This document shows positions 36,136-45,157 of a stretch of 64,000 nt of DNA, in pieces; the stretch's first letter is position 1; every line of letters begins with the position of its first letter. The DNA comes from an uncultured Dorea sp. (GTDB lineage Bacteria > Bacillota > Clostridia > Lachnospirales > Lachnospiraceae). The position numbers and the translations under genes were made by a program. Where the stretch lies: the NCBI GenBank assembly GCA_948602995.1, contig CAPEBR010000013.1, positions 27,908 to 91,907 on the forward strand, in the 5' to 3' direction. Under the pieces are notes generated by a model that worked only from the letters and a program-made list of their open reading frames with translations, was not told where the DNA came from and made no database searches.

Positions 36136-37473
36136 TTACATATATCTGTTAATATAACTGATCAGCCGTTTTGTGTCCTTTTGATATTGTACGATTCCAG
36201 GAGATCCTAAAACAATTGTGATATATGTCTTACCATTATATTTATAGGCTCCGGAAAAGCAGTTCTGCGCCTGATTCGTAAATCCTGTTTTTACCCCGCA
36301 TATTCCCTCTGTCTCTCCAAGCAGTGCATTGGTAGAATAAAGAACATATTTATTTTTCTGTTTCTTTGTTCTGAATTTACAGAACCTGGTATTAACAATT
36401 TTCCGAAATGTCTTATTTCTCATGGCATAACGTGTAATGACAGCCAGATCCTTTGCTGATGTGTAATGTTTTTTTGCATGCAGTCCATGAGGATTTTTAA
36501 AAGAAGTATTCGTGCATCCCAGCTCTTTTGCCTTTTTGTTCATCATTTTTGAAAACTTTTTCACACTTCCTGCGGTATGTATTGCAAGTGCTGTAGCGGC
36601 TCCGTTATCCGAGGGAAGCAGTGTCATATACAGCATCTGCTTCATAGATGCCTTGTCATTCACTGCCCTTGCCCCAAGAGCAGAATACGGCGTGTTTACA
36701 GCTTCTGCCGTAATCTTCACTTTACTGTTCAGCTTTTTGTTTTCCAGTGCCAGAATAGAGGTCATAATCTTGGTAGTGCTTGCATTAGGCCGTCTGGTGT
36801 TCATTGATTTTCCATAAAAAATCTGTCCGGATTCCATTTCCATAATAACAGCGCTTTTTGCCTTTATTTTTAATTCCTTTCTGTTTCGTGTGGTGACTGT
36901 GATGGTCTCGCTGATATATCCGGTACAGTTATCATTAGCATCAATCACAATCCTCCATAAGGATGTATTGGCTTTCTTCCATGCCCTGGGATAAACCAGT
37001 GTCACCCTGCCATCCTCCATGCCAGTGGAAAACGAACTTTGTGTCTCCCACTTACCGCTTGAAGGCTGATACATCTGAAGGGAAATCATGCGCTTCTCAC
37101 CTGGAGTGATTGTAATCGTATTGCGAATCTCAGAGCCGGGTGTCTTCTCATAGGCAGTCTTGATGCCATATACTGCAGTTTCTGTTACACGGCTGTCCTC
37201 ATCTTCCCCATTTCCTGGTTCCTCTGGTTCTTCCGGCTTCTCCGGCTCCTCTGGTTTCTCCTCTTGCCCTGGTTCTTCCGGTTTGCCCGGCTCCTCTGAC
37301 TTTTCTTCTTGCCCTGGTTCTTCCGGTTCGCCTGGCTGTCCCGGCTCTTCCCGCCCCACTATACTTTCTGACGGAGTCTCCTGTGCCCAGGCTATCTCGC
37401 CCATACACAGACATGAACACATCACCCATGCAATGAATAAAATAGTTTTTCTCTTTACGTCTCTTTTTTTCAT
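36136..37473 (-). CDS. D-alanyl-D-alanine carboxypeptidase with signal peptide and Pro/Glu-rich linker
   Basis: SxxK (ASTTKIMTS), SxN (PSDNGA) and KTG (VKTGFT). The ATG at 37473 has AGGAGA 5 nt upstream. Confidence 0.85.
   Translation of the reverse strand: MKKRDVKRKTILFIAWVMCSCLCMGEIAWAQETPSESIVGREEPGQPGEPEEPGQEEKSEEPGKPEEPGQEEKPEEPEKPEEPEEPGNGEDEDSRVTETAVYGIKTAYEKTPGSEIRNTITITPGEKRMISLQMYQPSSGKWETQSSFSTGMEDGRVTLVYPRAWKKANTSLWRIVIDANDNCTGYISETITVTTRNRKELKIKAKSAVIMEMESGQIFYGKSMNTRRPNASTTKIMTSILALENKKLNSKVKITAEAVNTPYSALGARAVNDKASMKQMLYMTLLPSDNGAATALAIHTAGSVKKFSKMMNKKAKELGCTNTSFKNPHGLHAKKHYTSAKDLAVITRYAMRNKTFRKIVNTRFCKFRTKKQKNKYVLYSTNALLGETEGICGVKTGFTNQAQNCFSGAYKYNGKTYITIVLGSPGIVQYQKDTKRLISYINRYM
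37195..37350 (-). repeat. Coding low-complexity tandem repeat (EEPGQ / EEPEKP units)
   Basis: Encodes EEPGQPGEPEEPGQEEKSEEPGKPEEPGQEEKPEEPEKPEEPEEPGNGEDED. The 21-nt unit CTTGCCCTGGTTCTTCCGGTT recurs about 45 nt apart. Confidence 0.8.
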
Positions 37474-37503
37474 CTTATTCTCCTGTAAAAAATAATACAT
37501 ACC

Positions 37504-37983
37504 TTACTTGTGATATGGTTCTCCTCTGTTAATCCGAAAGCTTCGGTATATCTGTTCCAACAGAATTACACGCATCAGCTGGTGGGGAAAGGTCATCCGC
37601 GAGAAGCTCAAGGCAAAATCGGACCTTTTCAGAATCTCTTCTCCCAGTCCCAGGGAACCTCCTATTATAAATACAACCACGCTTTCTCCCTGAATTCCGA
37701 GACCTTCTATCCTCCTGGCCAGTTCCTCTGAAGAAAGCTGCTTTCCCTGTATCTCCAATGTGATTACAAATGCATCCTCTTTTATATGACGGAAAATCCT
37801 CTCTGCTTCTTTTGCCCGTACTGCCTCTTCTTCCGTTTTGCCGGCATGCTCTGGAATCTTCTCATCTGCTACTTCTATGATCTCCAGCCTGCAATATCTG
37901 CTGAGGCGTTTCACATATTCTGCAATTGCGTCCTTTAAATATTTTTCTTTTATTTTTCCTACTGTTATTAACAAAATCTTCAT
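37504..37983 (-). CDS. rlmH: 23S rRNA (pseudouridine1915-N3)-methyltransferase
   Basis: SPOUT-family RlmH pattern (MKILLITVGKIKEKYL...IGGSLGL...LSFSRMTFPHQLMRVILLEQIYR). Confidence 0.9.
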   Translation of the reverse strand: MKILLITVGKIKEKYLKDAIAEYVKRLSRYCRLEIIEVADEKIPEHAGKTEEEAVRAKEAERIFRHIKEDAFVITLEIQGKQLSSEELARRIEGLGIQGESVVVFIIGGSLGLGEEILKRSDFALSFSRMTFPHQLMRVILLEQIYRSFRINRGEPYHK

Positions 37984-37999
37984 CTTAATCTCTTTATTT

Positions 38000-38776
38000 T
38001 TATCCAAGCGCTACATCAAGCATCATCATCAGTACAAAGCCTGCTGCGAATCCAATCGTTCCTATATTGCTGTGTTCCCCTTCTGCTGACTCTGGAACAA
38101 GCTCTTCTACAACCACATAGATCATTGCCCCTGCTGCAAATGCCAGAAGATACGGAAGTACCGGTGTAATATATGCTGCGAGAAGCACCGTAATCCCTCC
38201 TGCAACCGGTTCAACAACTCCTGACAGGGTTCCATAGAGGAATGCCTTTCCCCGTCCACCGCCTTCACTACGTACAGGCAGTGATACGATGAAGCCCTCC
38301 GGAAGATTCTGCATGGCAATGCCCACTGCCAGTGCAAATGCCCCCGCTATTGTCACGTCCCCGCTGCCGGTCAGAAGTCCCGCAAATACGGCTCCACTTG
38401 AGATTCCCTCTGGTATATTATGAATGGTTACTGCCAATACGAGCATCGTAGATTTGTTTAACGTAGTCCCCGGACCCTCAGTCTCCTCTGAGCCGATATG
38501 CATATGGGGAATCGTTCTGTCAAGAACCAGCAGGAAGGCGATACCTAGCAGAAATCCCGCGGCGGCCGGAACAAAAGCAAATTTACCCATATGGGATGAC
38601 ATGTCCATGGCCGGAATGAGCAGAGACCATACAGATGCAGCAACCATAACGCCTGCCGCAAATCCCAGCAAAGACTTCTGAACCAGGGGTTTTAGTTCAT
38701 TCCTCATAAACAGAACACATGCTGCTCCCATTGTGGTACCGATGAACGGAATCATAAGTCCTAGAAAAATTATCAT
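38000..38776 (-). CDS. ZIP-family divalent metal transporter
   Basis: Eight TM helices; the HNIPEG and QNLPEG motifs are characteristic of ZupT/GufA-type ZIP proteins. Confidence 0.85.
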   Translation of the reverse strand: MIIFLGLMIPFIGTTMGAACVLFMRNELKPLVQKSLLGFAAGVMVAASVWSLLIPAMDMSSHMGKFAFVPAAAGFLLGIAFLLVLDRTIPHMHIGSEETEGPGTTLNKSTMLVLAVTIHNIPEGISSGAVFAGLLTGSGDVTIAGAFALAVGIAMQNLPEGFIVSLPVRSEGGGRGKAFLYGTLSGVVEPVAGGITVLLAAYITPVLPYLLAFAAGAMIYVVVEELVPESAEGEHSNIGTIGFAAGFVLMMMLDVALG

Positions 38777-38856
38777 AATTTCACTCCTTTACCGCTTTTC
38801 AGACACAAGTATAGCATAGTTTTTTCATGGGGTATAGGCATGTAAATGCGAAAAAC

Positions 38857-39035
38857 AGTGCTGTGCAGATTTTTTGTTACTGTTCACTCCGCGACCAGTA
38901 ACATTCGCAAATCCATCTAAAATTCGCTCCGCGAATGGGATTTGCTCACTCCTGAATCACTTTCTTACGGTCTGTGCAGTAAATGCACAGACCTGTGTGA
39001 ACAGTAACAATTTTTTATGCACAGCACTATTTTTT
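38857..39035 (-). terminator. Rho-independent terminator of the nfnB-like gene, split by the MITE insertion
   Basis: Arms AGTGCTGTGCA (38857-38867) and TGCACAGCACT (39018-39028) are exact reverse complements, with T-runs on both outer flanks. They are separated by the 133-bp element plus its duplicated target. Confidence 0.65.
38876..39008. mobile_element. MITE-like non-autonomous element, copy B (133 bp, inverted relative to copy A)
   Basis: Perfect 12-bp TIRs GTTACTGTTCAC / GTGAACAGTAAC. Flanking direct repeats GATTTTTT (38868-38875) and AATTTTTT (39009-39016). Confidence 0.8.
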
Positions 39036-39063
39036 CCTGTTCTTATGCTTTTATCAAAAAAAT

Positions 39064-40452
39064 CTATTTGCCGGACAGAAGCTCATGGATTCCCTTTGCG
39101 CCTGCTTTTCCTGCTCCCATAGCAAGAATAACGGTTGCAGCGCCTGTCACTGCATCACCGCCTGCAAATACAGCAGCCTTTGATGTCTGTCCATTTTCTT
39201 CCTCTGCCACAATACATTTTCTTCTATTCGTCTCAAGCCCCTTTGTCGTGGACGCAATCAGCGGGTTCGGCGATGTTCCGAGAGACATGATGACTGTATC
39301 AAGCTCTATCTCATACTCAGAGCCAGGAATCTCAACCGGACGTCTCCTGCCGGAGGCATCTGGCTCGCCAAGTTCCATCTTCACAACAGACATACCCTTA
39401 ACCCAGCCGTTCTCATCTACAAGAATTTCCTTCGGGTTTGTAAGAAGGTCAAAGATAACGCCCTCTTCTTTTGCATGATGCACTTCCTCTACTCTGGCCG
39501 GAAGCTCTGCCTCGCTCCGGCGGTATACAATGTGTACCTCTGCGCCAAGGCGGAGAGCTGTTCTTGCAGCATCCATTGCTACATTGCCGCCGCCAACTAC
39601 TGCAACCTTCTTTCCAGCCGCGATCGGCGTATCATAGGAATCATCAAATGCCTTCATCAAGTTGCTTCTTGTCAGATACTCATTTGCAGAAAAGACACCG
39701 TTAGCCGTCTCTCCCGGAATACCCATGAACATCGGAAGTCCTGCACCTGATCCGATGAATACAGCCTCAAAATCCTCTTCCTCCATGAGCTGGTCAATGG
39801 TGGTGGATTTACCAATTACAACATTGGTCTCAAATTTAACGCCTAACTCTTTTACCTTTTCAATCTCTTTCTTTACTACTTTATGCTTCGGAAGACGGAA
39901 CTCTGGAATTCCATATACAAGCACACCGCCAAGTTCATGCAGTGCCTCAAATACGGTTACCTCGTAGCCTAATTTTGCCAGATCTCCGGCACAGGTAAGA
40001 CCGGACGGACCGGAACCGATTACTGCAACCTTGTGTCCGTTCGTCTTCTCAGCCTTTGCAGGCTTGATATCATGCTCTAATGCATAGTCAGCAACATATC
40101 TTTCCAGCTTACCGATGGATACCGGATCTCCCTTGATACCGCGGATACATTTGCATTCACACTGGGACTCCTGCGGACATACACGGCCGCAGATAGCCGG
40201 AAGCGCAGAGGACTCACCAATTACCTTATACGCTCCCTCAATGTCCCCTTCCTTTACTTTAGATATGAAGCCTGGAATATTAATTGCTACCGGACAGCCC
40301 TGAATACACTTTGCATTTTTACAGTTCAGGCAGCGGGATGCCTCCTCCATAGCCTCTTCCTTATTATATCCATAACATACTTCTTCGAAGTTTGCTGCTC
40401 TTTCCTTTGCATCCTGCTCTCTTACAGGAATTCTTTTTAACACATCAGCCAT
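39064..40452 (-). CDS. nfnB: NADPH-dependent glutamate synthase small-chain-like oxidoreductase (NfnB-type)
   Basis: N-terminal Fe-S Cys clusters (CLNCKNAKCIQGCPV, CGRVCPQESQCECKC) and two dinucleotide folds (VIGSGPSGL, VVGGGNVAMD). Start overlaps the stop of the NfnA-like partner (ATGTGA-type junction at 40452). Confidence 0.8.
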   Translation of the reverse strand: MADVLKRIPVREQDAKERAANFEEVCYGYNKEEAMEEASRCLNCKNAKCIQGCPVAINIPGFISKVKEGDIEGAYKVIGESSALPAICGRVCPQESQCECKCIRGIKGDPVSIGKLERYVADYALEHDIKPAKAEKTNGHKVAVIGSGPSGLTCAGDLAKLGYEVTVFEALHELGGVLVYGIPEFRLPKHKVVKKEIEKVKELGVKFETNVVIGKSTTIDQLMEEEDFEAVFIGSGAGLPMFMGIPGETANGVFSANEYLTRSNLMKAFDDSYDTPIAAGKKVAVVGGGNVAMDAARTALRLGAEVHIVYRRSEAELPARVEEVHHAKEEGVIFDLLTNPKEILVDENGWVKGMSVVKMELGEPDASGRRRPVEIPGSEYEIELDTVIMSLGTSPNPLIASTTKGLETNRRKCIVAEEENGQTSKAAVFAGGDAVTGAATVILAMGAGKAGAKGIHELLSGK

Positions 40453-41339
40453 TAGTTGTCACCTCCGCAATTACCGCATCCACCGTGGTGGGTGTCTCCT
40501 TCTTGTACTTTCAGAATTGCACGACCTTCTTCTGTTTTATACATCATCTGTCTCTTCATTGCATTATCAAAGTCCACAAGATGTCCGTCGAACTCTGGTC
40601 CGTCTACACAGGCAAACTTTACTTCTCCGCCTACAATGACACGGCAGGCGCCGCACATACCGGTTCCGTCAACCATAATCGGATTCATGCTGACAATTGT
40701 AGGAATCTCCAGCTTCTTTGTAAGAAGACAGGTAAACTTCATCATAATCATAGGACCAATGGCAACGCAGACATCGTATTTCTTGCCCTCTTCTACAAGC
40801 TTTTCGATCTTAGTAGTAACCATACCTGAATGACCATATGTACCGTCATCTGTACATGGATAGTAATTGCCTGCAACCTCTTCCATCTCTTTTTCCAGTA
40901 TAAGCATGTCCTTTGTCTTTGCACCAACAATGACATCTGCATCAATTCCATGTTCCTTAAGCCACTTTACCTGTGGATAAACAGGGGCTGCACCGACGCC
41001 TCCGGCTACGAACAGCATCTTCTTGTTTTTAAGACTTTCGATGTCTTCTTCTACAAATTCGGATGGACATCCGAGCGGTCCGATAAAATCGCGGAAGCTG
41101 TCTCCTGCCTTCAAGGCAGACATCTTCATGGTAGAAGCTCCTACCTCCTGGAATACGATTGTAATCGTTCCCGCTTCTCTGTCATAATCACAGATTGTCA
41201 GCGGGATTCTCTCGCCCTTCTCATCCATCTTAACGATAACAAACTGCCCCGGCTCACAGTGTCTTGCAACACGGGGAGCTTCAACATCCATAAGATAGAT
41301 CTTATCAGCCAGTTTCTCAGCTTTTAATATCTTATACAT
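40452..41339 (-). CDS. nfnA: Sulfide/dihydroorotate dehydrogenase-like FAD/NAD-binding subunit (NfnA-type)
   Basis: Ferredoxin-reductase-type fold and a C-terminal [2Fe-2S] motif (DGTGMCGACRV). The canonical pairing with the GltD-like subunit matches NfnAB transhydrogenase. Confidence 0.8.
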   Translation of the reverse strand: MYKILKAEKLADKIYLMDVEAPRVARHCEPGQFVIVKMDEKGERIPLTICDYDREAGTITIVFQEVGASTMKMSALKAGDSFRDFIGPLGCPSEFVEEDIESLKNKKMLFVAGGVGAAPVYPQVKWLKEHGIDADVIVGAKTKDMLILEKEMEEVAGNYYPCTDDGTYGHSGMVTTKIEKLVEEGKKYDVCVAIGPMIMMKFTCLLTKKLEIPTIVSMNPIMVDGTGMCGACRVIVGGEVKFACVDGPEFDGHLVDFDNAMKRQMMYKTEEGRAILKVQEGDTHHGGCGNCGGDN

Positions 41340-41500
41340 CTTACGTTCCTCCTAATATTTTTACTTCTTATAATGATATAGTATATTTGCGAAAATATCA
41401 AGTATATTATGATACAAGCGTCAAAAGGTTATGCGTTTCATGCTTGCATGATTGAGATAAATTCCCATCTTTCGAGTCTCCTTCTAATAATATACTTATA

Positions 41501-41528
41501 CTAAGGAGCAGAAAGATCTGCTCCTTAG
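41501..41528 (-). terminator. Hairpin downstream of the alcohol dehydrogenase gene
   Basis: 11-bp perfect stem CTAAGGAGCAG / CTGCTCCTTAG with loop AAAGAT. The flanks are AT-rich but there is no clean T-run. Confidence 0.45.
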
Positions 41529-41576
41529 TATAACTGATTATATCACATAAAATATTAGAAGACAAATATTTACCGC

Positions 41577-42758
41577 TTAAAAGTCAACCTCTGTTCCATA
41601 ATATGTGCAATGAAACAGCTTCTCCATTGCAGCCGAATCAATTGCCCTTGGATTAGAGCCTGTACATGCGTCGCCTACTGCGCGCTCTGCGATTCCTGCA
41701 ACCTTCTCCTTAAACTCATCTTCATTGATTCCGAATTCTTTCAGAGTCTTTGGAATATTGAGCTTTACATTGAACTCATCAATCTTTGCACACAGACTGT
41801 TGATCAGCGCCTTCTCAGATGTGCCCTCAAGACCCATTCTGCGTGCGATCTCTGCGTAACGTCCTGCTGCTGTCTTGTCATGTGCATTGTATTTAATGAC
41901 ATAAGGCAGATAGATTGCATTAGCACAGCCGTGCGGAATATGTCCAGTTGAGAATGCAGCTCCAGTCTTGTGCGCCATAGAATGTACAATACCAAGCAGT
42001 GCATTGGAGAATGCCATACCTGCCAGACACTGTGCGTAGTGCATCTGCTCTCTTGCATCCATATCGCAGTTATAAGAAGCCGGGAGATAATCAAGTACCA
42101 TCTCAATTGCCTGTAATGCCAGTGGATCTGTAAACGGACAGTTCAGTGTGGATACATATGCTTCAATGGCATGAGTCAGTGCATCCATACCTGTATATGC
42201 AACCTGCTTTACCGGAAGTCCTGATACGAGATCCGGATCAACGATTGCAACGTCTGGTGTAATATTGAAATCAGCAAGAGGATATTTTACGCCTGTCTGA
42301 TAATTGGTAATAACGGAAAATGCCGTAACCTCTGTCGCTGTCCCGGATGTAGATGGAATAGCTGCAAACTTTGCCTTTGTACGAAGCTCCGGGAAATTAA
42401 ATGGAATACATAAATCCTCAAAAGTGGTCTCCGGATATTCGTAAAATGCCCACATCGCTTTTGCTGCATCAATAGGAGAACCGCCGCCCATGGATACGAT
42501 CCAGTCAGGTTCAAATTTACGCATAGCCTCAGCACCCTTCATAACAGTCTCAACAGACGGATCCGGCTCAACTCCTTCAAACAATTCAACTTCCATGCCT
42601 GCTTCCTTCAGATATCCGACTGCCCTTTCAAGAAAGCCCTGGCGCTTCATGGAACCGCCTCCGACTACAAGGATTGCTTTTTTCCCCTTTAAGTTCTTTA
42701 ACTCCTCTAAGCATCCTTTTCCGTGGTAAATGTCTCTTGGTAGTGTAAATCTGCTCAT
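41577..42758 (-). CDS. Iron-containing (group III) alcohol dehydrogenase
   Basis: GGGSPIDAAK NAD motif and His-rich metal site (HAIEAY..., HSMAHKTG, HGCANA); 393 aa. Confidence 0.9.
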   Translation of the reverse strand: MSRFTLPRDIYHGKGCLEELKNLKGKKAILVVGGGSMKRQGFLERAVGYLKEAGMEVELFEGVEPDPSVETVMKGAEAMRKFEPDWIVSMGGGSPIDAAKAMWAFYEYPETTFEDLCIPFNFPELRTKAKFAAIPSTSGTATEVTAFSVITNYQTGVKYPLADFNITPDVAIVDPDLVSGLPVKQVAYTGMDALTHAIEAYVSTLNCPFTDPLALQAIEMVLDYLPASYNCDMDAREQMHYAQCLAGMAFSNALLGIVHSMAHKTGAAFSTGHIPHGCANAIYLPYVIKYNAHDKTAAGRYAEIARRMGLEGTSEKALINSLCAKIDEFNVKLNIPKTLKEFGINEDEFKEKVAGIAERAVGDACTGSNPRAIDSAAMEKLFHCTYYGTEVDF

Positions 42759-42775
42759 TTTTCTATCTCCTTTAC

Positions 42776-42828
42776 TTGTTAATTATTTAACTTGACTAAA
42801 TTATACCTCTGTTAAATAATTAACGCAA
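42776..42828 (-). promoter_or_regulatory. adh promoter with two Rex-box-like palindromes
   Basis: On the minus strand: TTGCGT (42828-42823), a 17-nt spacer, then TATAAT (42805-42800). Box 2 CTGTTAAATAATTAACGC (42809-42826) overlaps the -35 and spacer. Box 1 TTGTTAATTATTTAACTT (42776-42793) lies in the 5'UTR next to the RBS. Each matches TTGTTAAnnnnTTAACAA at 11-12 of 14 specified positions. Confidence 0.5.
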
Positions 42829-42835
42829 CCGTAGA

Positions 42836-42870
42836 AGAAAAAAAGATTGTACTAATTAACGTACAATCTT
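42836..42870 (-). terminator. Rho-independent terminator of the zinc-ribbon/TPR gene
   Basis: Stem AAGATTGTAC (42843-42852) / GTACAATCTT (42861-42870), followed on the minus strand by a run of T (the plus-strand A-run around 42837-42844). Confidence 0.7.
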
Positions 42871-42876
42871 TTCCCT

Positions 42877-44295
42877 TTATTTTTCTAACATATAATTTCT
42901 GGTTGTAATTCCGCTTACGCGACCGCCTCCGCTTACAAGGATTGCCTTAAACAAGGTCTCCCCTTGAGGCATGTCAACCGGCCCGCTATACTTTGTGGAG
43001 GCTGTGGTCGGATCTTCGCCATCCATCGTATAGTAAGCCTCGTATCCATCCGGCACCTTAATTTCAATCGGATGTGCGCTTTCATACTGTCCGGTGGACG
43101 GGGATACTGCCGGGGCATCCTCCACAGGGAATTCGATCACATAGGTCTTTTCCACAGACATACCCGGGATTCCCCGTTTGTCAAGAGCTACTGCCCGGAT
43201 AACGTTCTCTCCCTCCTCCAGCTGAATCGGACCGTCATAACTCTTTCCCGACTGCAGGGGATCGGTCTGATCCGTAGTATACTGGATGGTGTTTTTTCCG
43301 GCTGAAAGTTCCAGCTGCTGCACATCATCATACACTTCCTCGTCATCCAGATTAAACTCCGGTACCGCGATAATATAGTCGGACAATTTCTTCCTGATAC
43401 TATCCTGCGCCTCATCCAGAACCAGCGGAATCAATGTCTTTCTGTCATTATTAACACAGAATTCCATATAAGCTTCATAAATATCCGCATTGTCCGGCTG
43501 CTTTGCAATCGTATCATTAAATAGATCTACTGCATCATCCACCCTGTCCTGTCGGATGTATACCTGGGATAATCCCACATAAGCTTCTGATTTTTTATCA
43601 TTTTTTCCGATTGCCTGGTTAAAAAAGGATTCTGCACTGCTATATTCCTGATTTTTGATCGCCTGATATCCTTTATTTACAATTCCGTCATAAGAATTCT
43701 GATAAAGAGTATAACAGCCCGCACCGATTGCCAGGACAAGAATCACAAGAACGATCGTAATATACCGCCTTTTCTTTTTCTGATTTTCTCTTTTCTTTTC
43801 CATCTGACGACGGTACCGCTCGCGCTCAGACAGCTCTCTTTTGGCTGTATTCTGTCTGATACCGTTATTTCTCATGGAACCTGTGTTTCTTCCGGTGCCC
43901 GTATTTCTCCTTGATGAAGAGTTCCTGCCAGTACCTGTATTTCTTCCGGAACCCATACTTCTGCCGGAACCAGTGCTTCTTCCTGGAGCAGTTTGCCGTC
44001 TGGGATCCATACTTCTGCCTGGACCAGTGTTTCTTCTTCCAGAGCCGGTGTTCCTTCGTGCAGCTGCATTCTGCGGATTTCCGGTACGTCTTACAGAGGT
44101 CCGGCCTCTGACATCGTCAGATAGATTATGGTTCAGATAATCTGTATCCCCCTCATTATTCACGCCGACCTTAATCTGTGCAGTAAGCATATCATCAAGC
44201 GGATTATAATCAGGAACAATGAATACTTCTTCCCCACATCTTGTACAGTATAATTCGCCTTCTGGTATCTCATATCCGCAATACCTGCACCTCAT
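42877..44295 (-). CDS. Zinc-ribbon / Arg-Gly-Asn-Thr repeat / TM / TPR / Fn3-like (chitobiase C-terminal-like) protein
   Basis: N-terminal CxxC...CxxC (MRCRYCGYEIPEGELYCTRCG), a disordered RNTGxGR repeat region, one TM (YITIVLVILVLAIGAGCY), TPR-like helices, and two beta-rich C-terminal modules. Confidence 0.65.
   Translation of the reverse strand: MRCRYCGYEIPEGELYCTRCGEEVFIVPDYNPLDDMLTAQIKVGVNNEGDTDYLNHNLSDDVRGRTSVRRTGNPQNAAARRNTGSGRRNTGPGRSMDPRRQTAPGRSTGSGRSMGSGRNTGTGRNSSSRRNTGTGRNTGSMRNNGIRQNTAKRELSERERYRRQMEKKRENQKKKRRYITIVLVILVLAIGAGCYTLYQNSYDGIVNKGYQAIKNQEYSSAESFFNQAIGKNDKKSEAYVGLSQVYIRQDRVDDAVDLFNDTIAKQPDNADIYEAYMEFCVNNDRKTLIPLVLDEAQDSIRKKLSDYIIAVPEFNLDDEEVYDDVQQLELSAGKNTIQYTTDQTDPLQSGKSYDGPIQLEEGENVIRAVALDKRGIPGMSVEKTYVIEFPVEDAPAVSPSTGQYESAHPIEIKVPDGYEAYYTMDGEDPTTASTKYSGPVDMPQGETLFKAILVSGGGRVSGITTRNYMLEK
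43846..44109 (-). repeat. Coding degenerate tandem repeat (RNTG[ST]GR units)
   Basis: Residues about 63-150: ...RRNTGSGRRNTGPGRSMDPRRQTAPGRSTGSGRSMGSGRNTGTGRNSSSRRNTGTGRNTGSMRNNGIRQNT. Confidence 0.8.
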
Positions 44296-44310
44296 ACTCT
44301 CACCAACCTC

Positions 44311-45147
44311 CTATTTAGCTGCTGCTATACAATTCTTCATCAGCATGGCAATGGTCATCGGTCCGACTCCTCCCGGAACCGGCGTGATAAAAGCTGTCTT
44401 CTCCTTTACATTGTCAAAATCAACATCACCGCACAGATGACCATCCTCATTCCTGTGGATCCCGACATCAATGACTGTCGCTCCCTCTTTTACATAATCG
44501 GCCGTAATAAAACGCGGCCTGCCGATGGCCACAATCAGAATATCTGCTCTCTGTGTAATTTTCTTCAGATCTGCTGTACGAGAGTGGGCAATTGTTACAG
44601 TTCCGTTCTCCCTCAAAAGGAGAAGCGCCATAGGCTTCCCGACAATATTACTTCTTCCCACAACCACACATTCCTTCCCCTGGATCTCAACCCCGCTGCG
44701 GCGAAGAAGTTCTATAATTCCTGCCGGGGTGCAGGAAAGAAATCCTTTCTCTCCGATACAGAGTCTTCCTACACTTTCTGGATGAAATCCATCCACATCC
44801 TTATCCGGGGAAATGGTCTGTATGACCTTATCCTCGCTAATGTGTTCCGGAAGCGGGAGCTGCACAAGAATCCCATTTACTGTATCATCCTCATTCAGCC
44901 GCCGGACAAGCTCCAGAAGCTCATCCTCCGCCGTATCCTTTGGGAGTTCAAAGGATGCTGATTTTATCCCCACATATTCACATGCTTTCTTTTTATTTCT
45001 CACATATACACTGGAGGCAGGGTCGTTCCCAACCTGTACCACTGCCAGACACATTTGTACTCCTGCCTGTTTCAGACATTCGGCCTCTTCCTTTACCTCT
45101 TCCTTAATCTGAGCTGCAATCCTTTTCCCATCTATTAACTGGAACAT
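44311..45147 (-). CDS. folD: Bifunctional methylene-THF dehydrogenase / methenyl-THF cyclohydrolase
   Basis: Full-length FolD pattern ([17 protein letters not shown]...[15 protein letters not shown]...[10 protein letters not shown]). The ATG at 45147 has AAGGAGA 5 nt upstream. Confidence 0.95.
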   Translation of the reverse strand: MFQLIDGKRIAAQIKEEVKEEAECLKQAGVQMCLAVVQVGNDPASSVYVRNKKKACEYVGIKSASFELPKDTAEDELLELVRRLNEDDTVNGILVQLPLPEHISEDKVIQTISPDKDVDGFHPESVGRLCIGEKGFLSCTPAGIIELLRRSGVEIQGKECVVVGRSNIVGKPMALLLLRENGTVTIAHSRTADLKKITQRADILIVAIGRPRFITADYVKEGATVIDVGIHRNEDGHLCGDVDFDNVKEKTAFITPVPGGVGPMTIAMLMKNCIAAAK

Positions 45148-45157
45148 ACTTCTCTCC

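Noticed and set aside
41387-41404. Possible Rex box TTGCGAAAATATCAAGTA upstream of nfnA
   Set aside because: Only the left half-site resembles the consensus. The right half matches at about 3 of 7 positions.
37195-44109. Short tandem DNA repeats at 37195-37350 and 43846-44109 considered as CRISPR-like or satellite arrays
   Set aside because: Both lie inside long ORFs and translate into in-frame low-complexity peptide repeats (EEPGQ and RNTGxGR). They show no repeat-spacer architecture and there are no cas genes.
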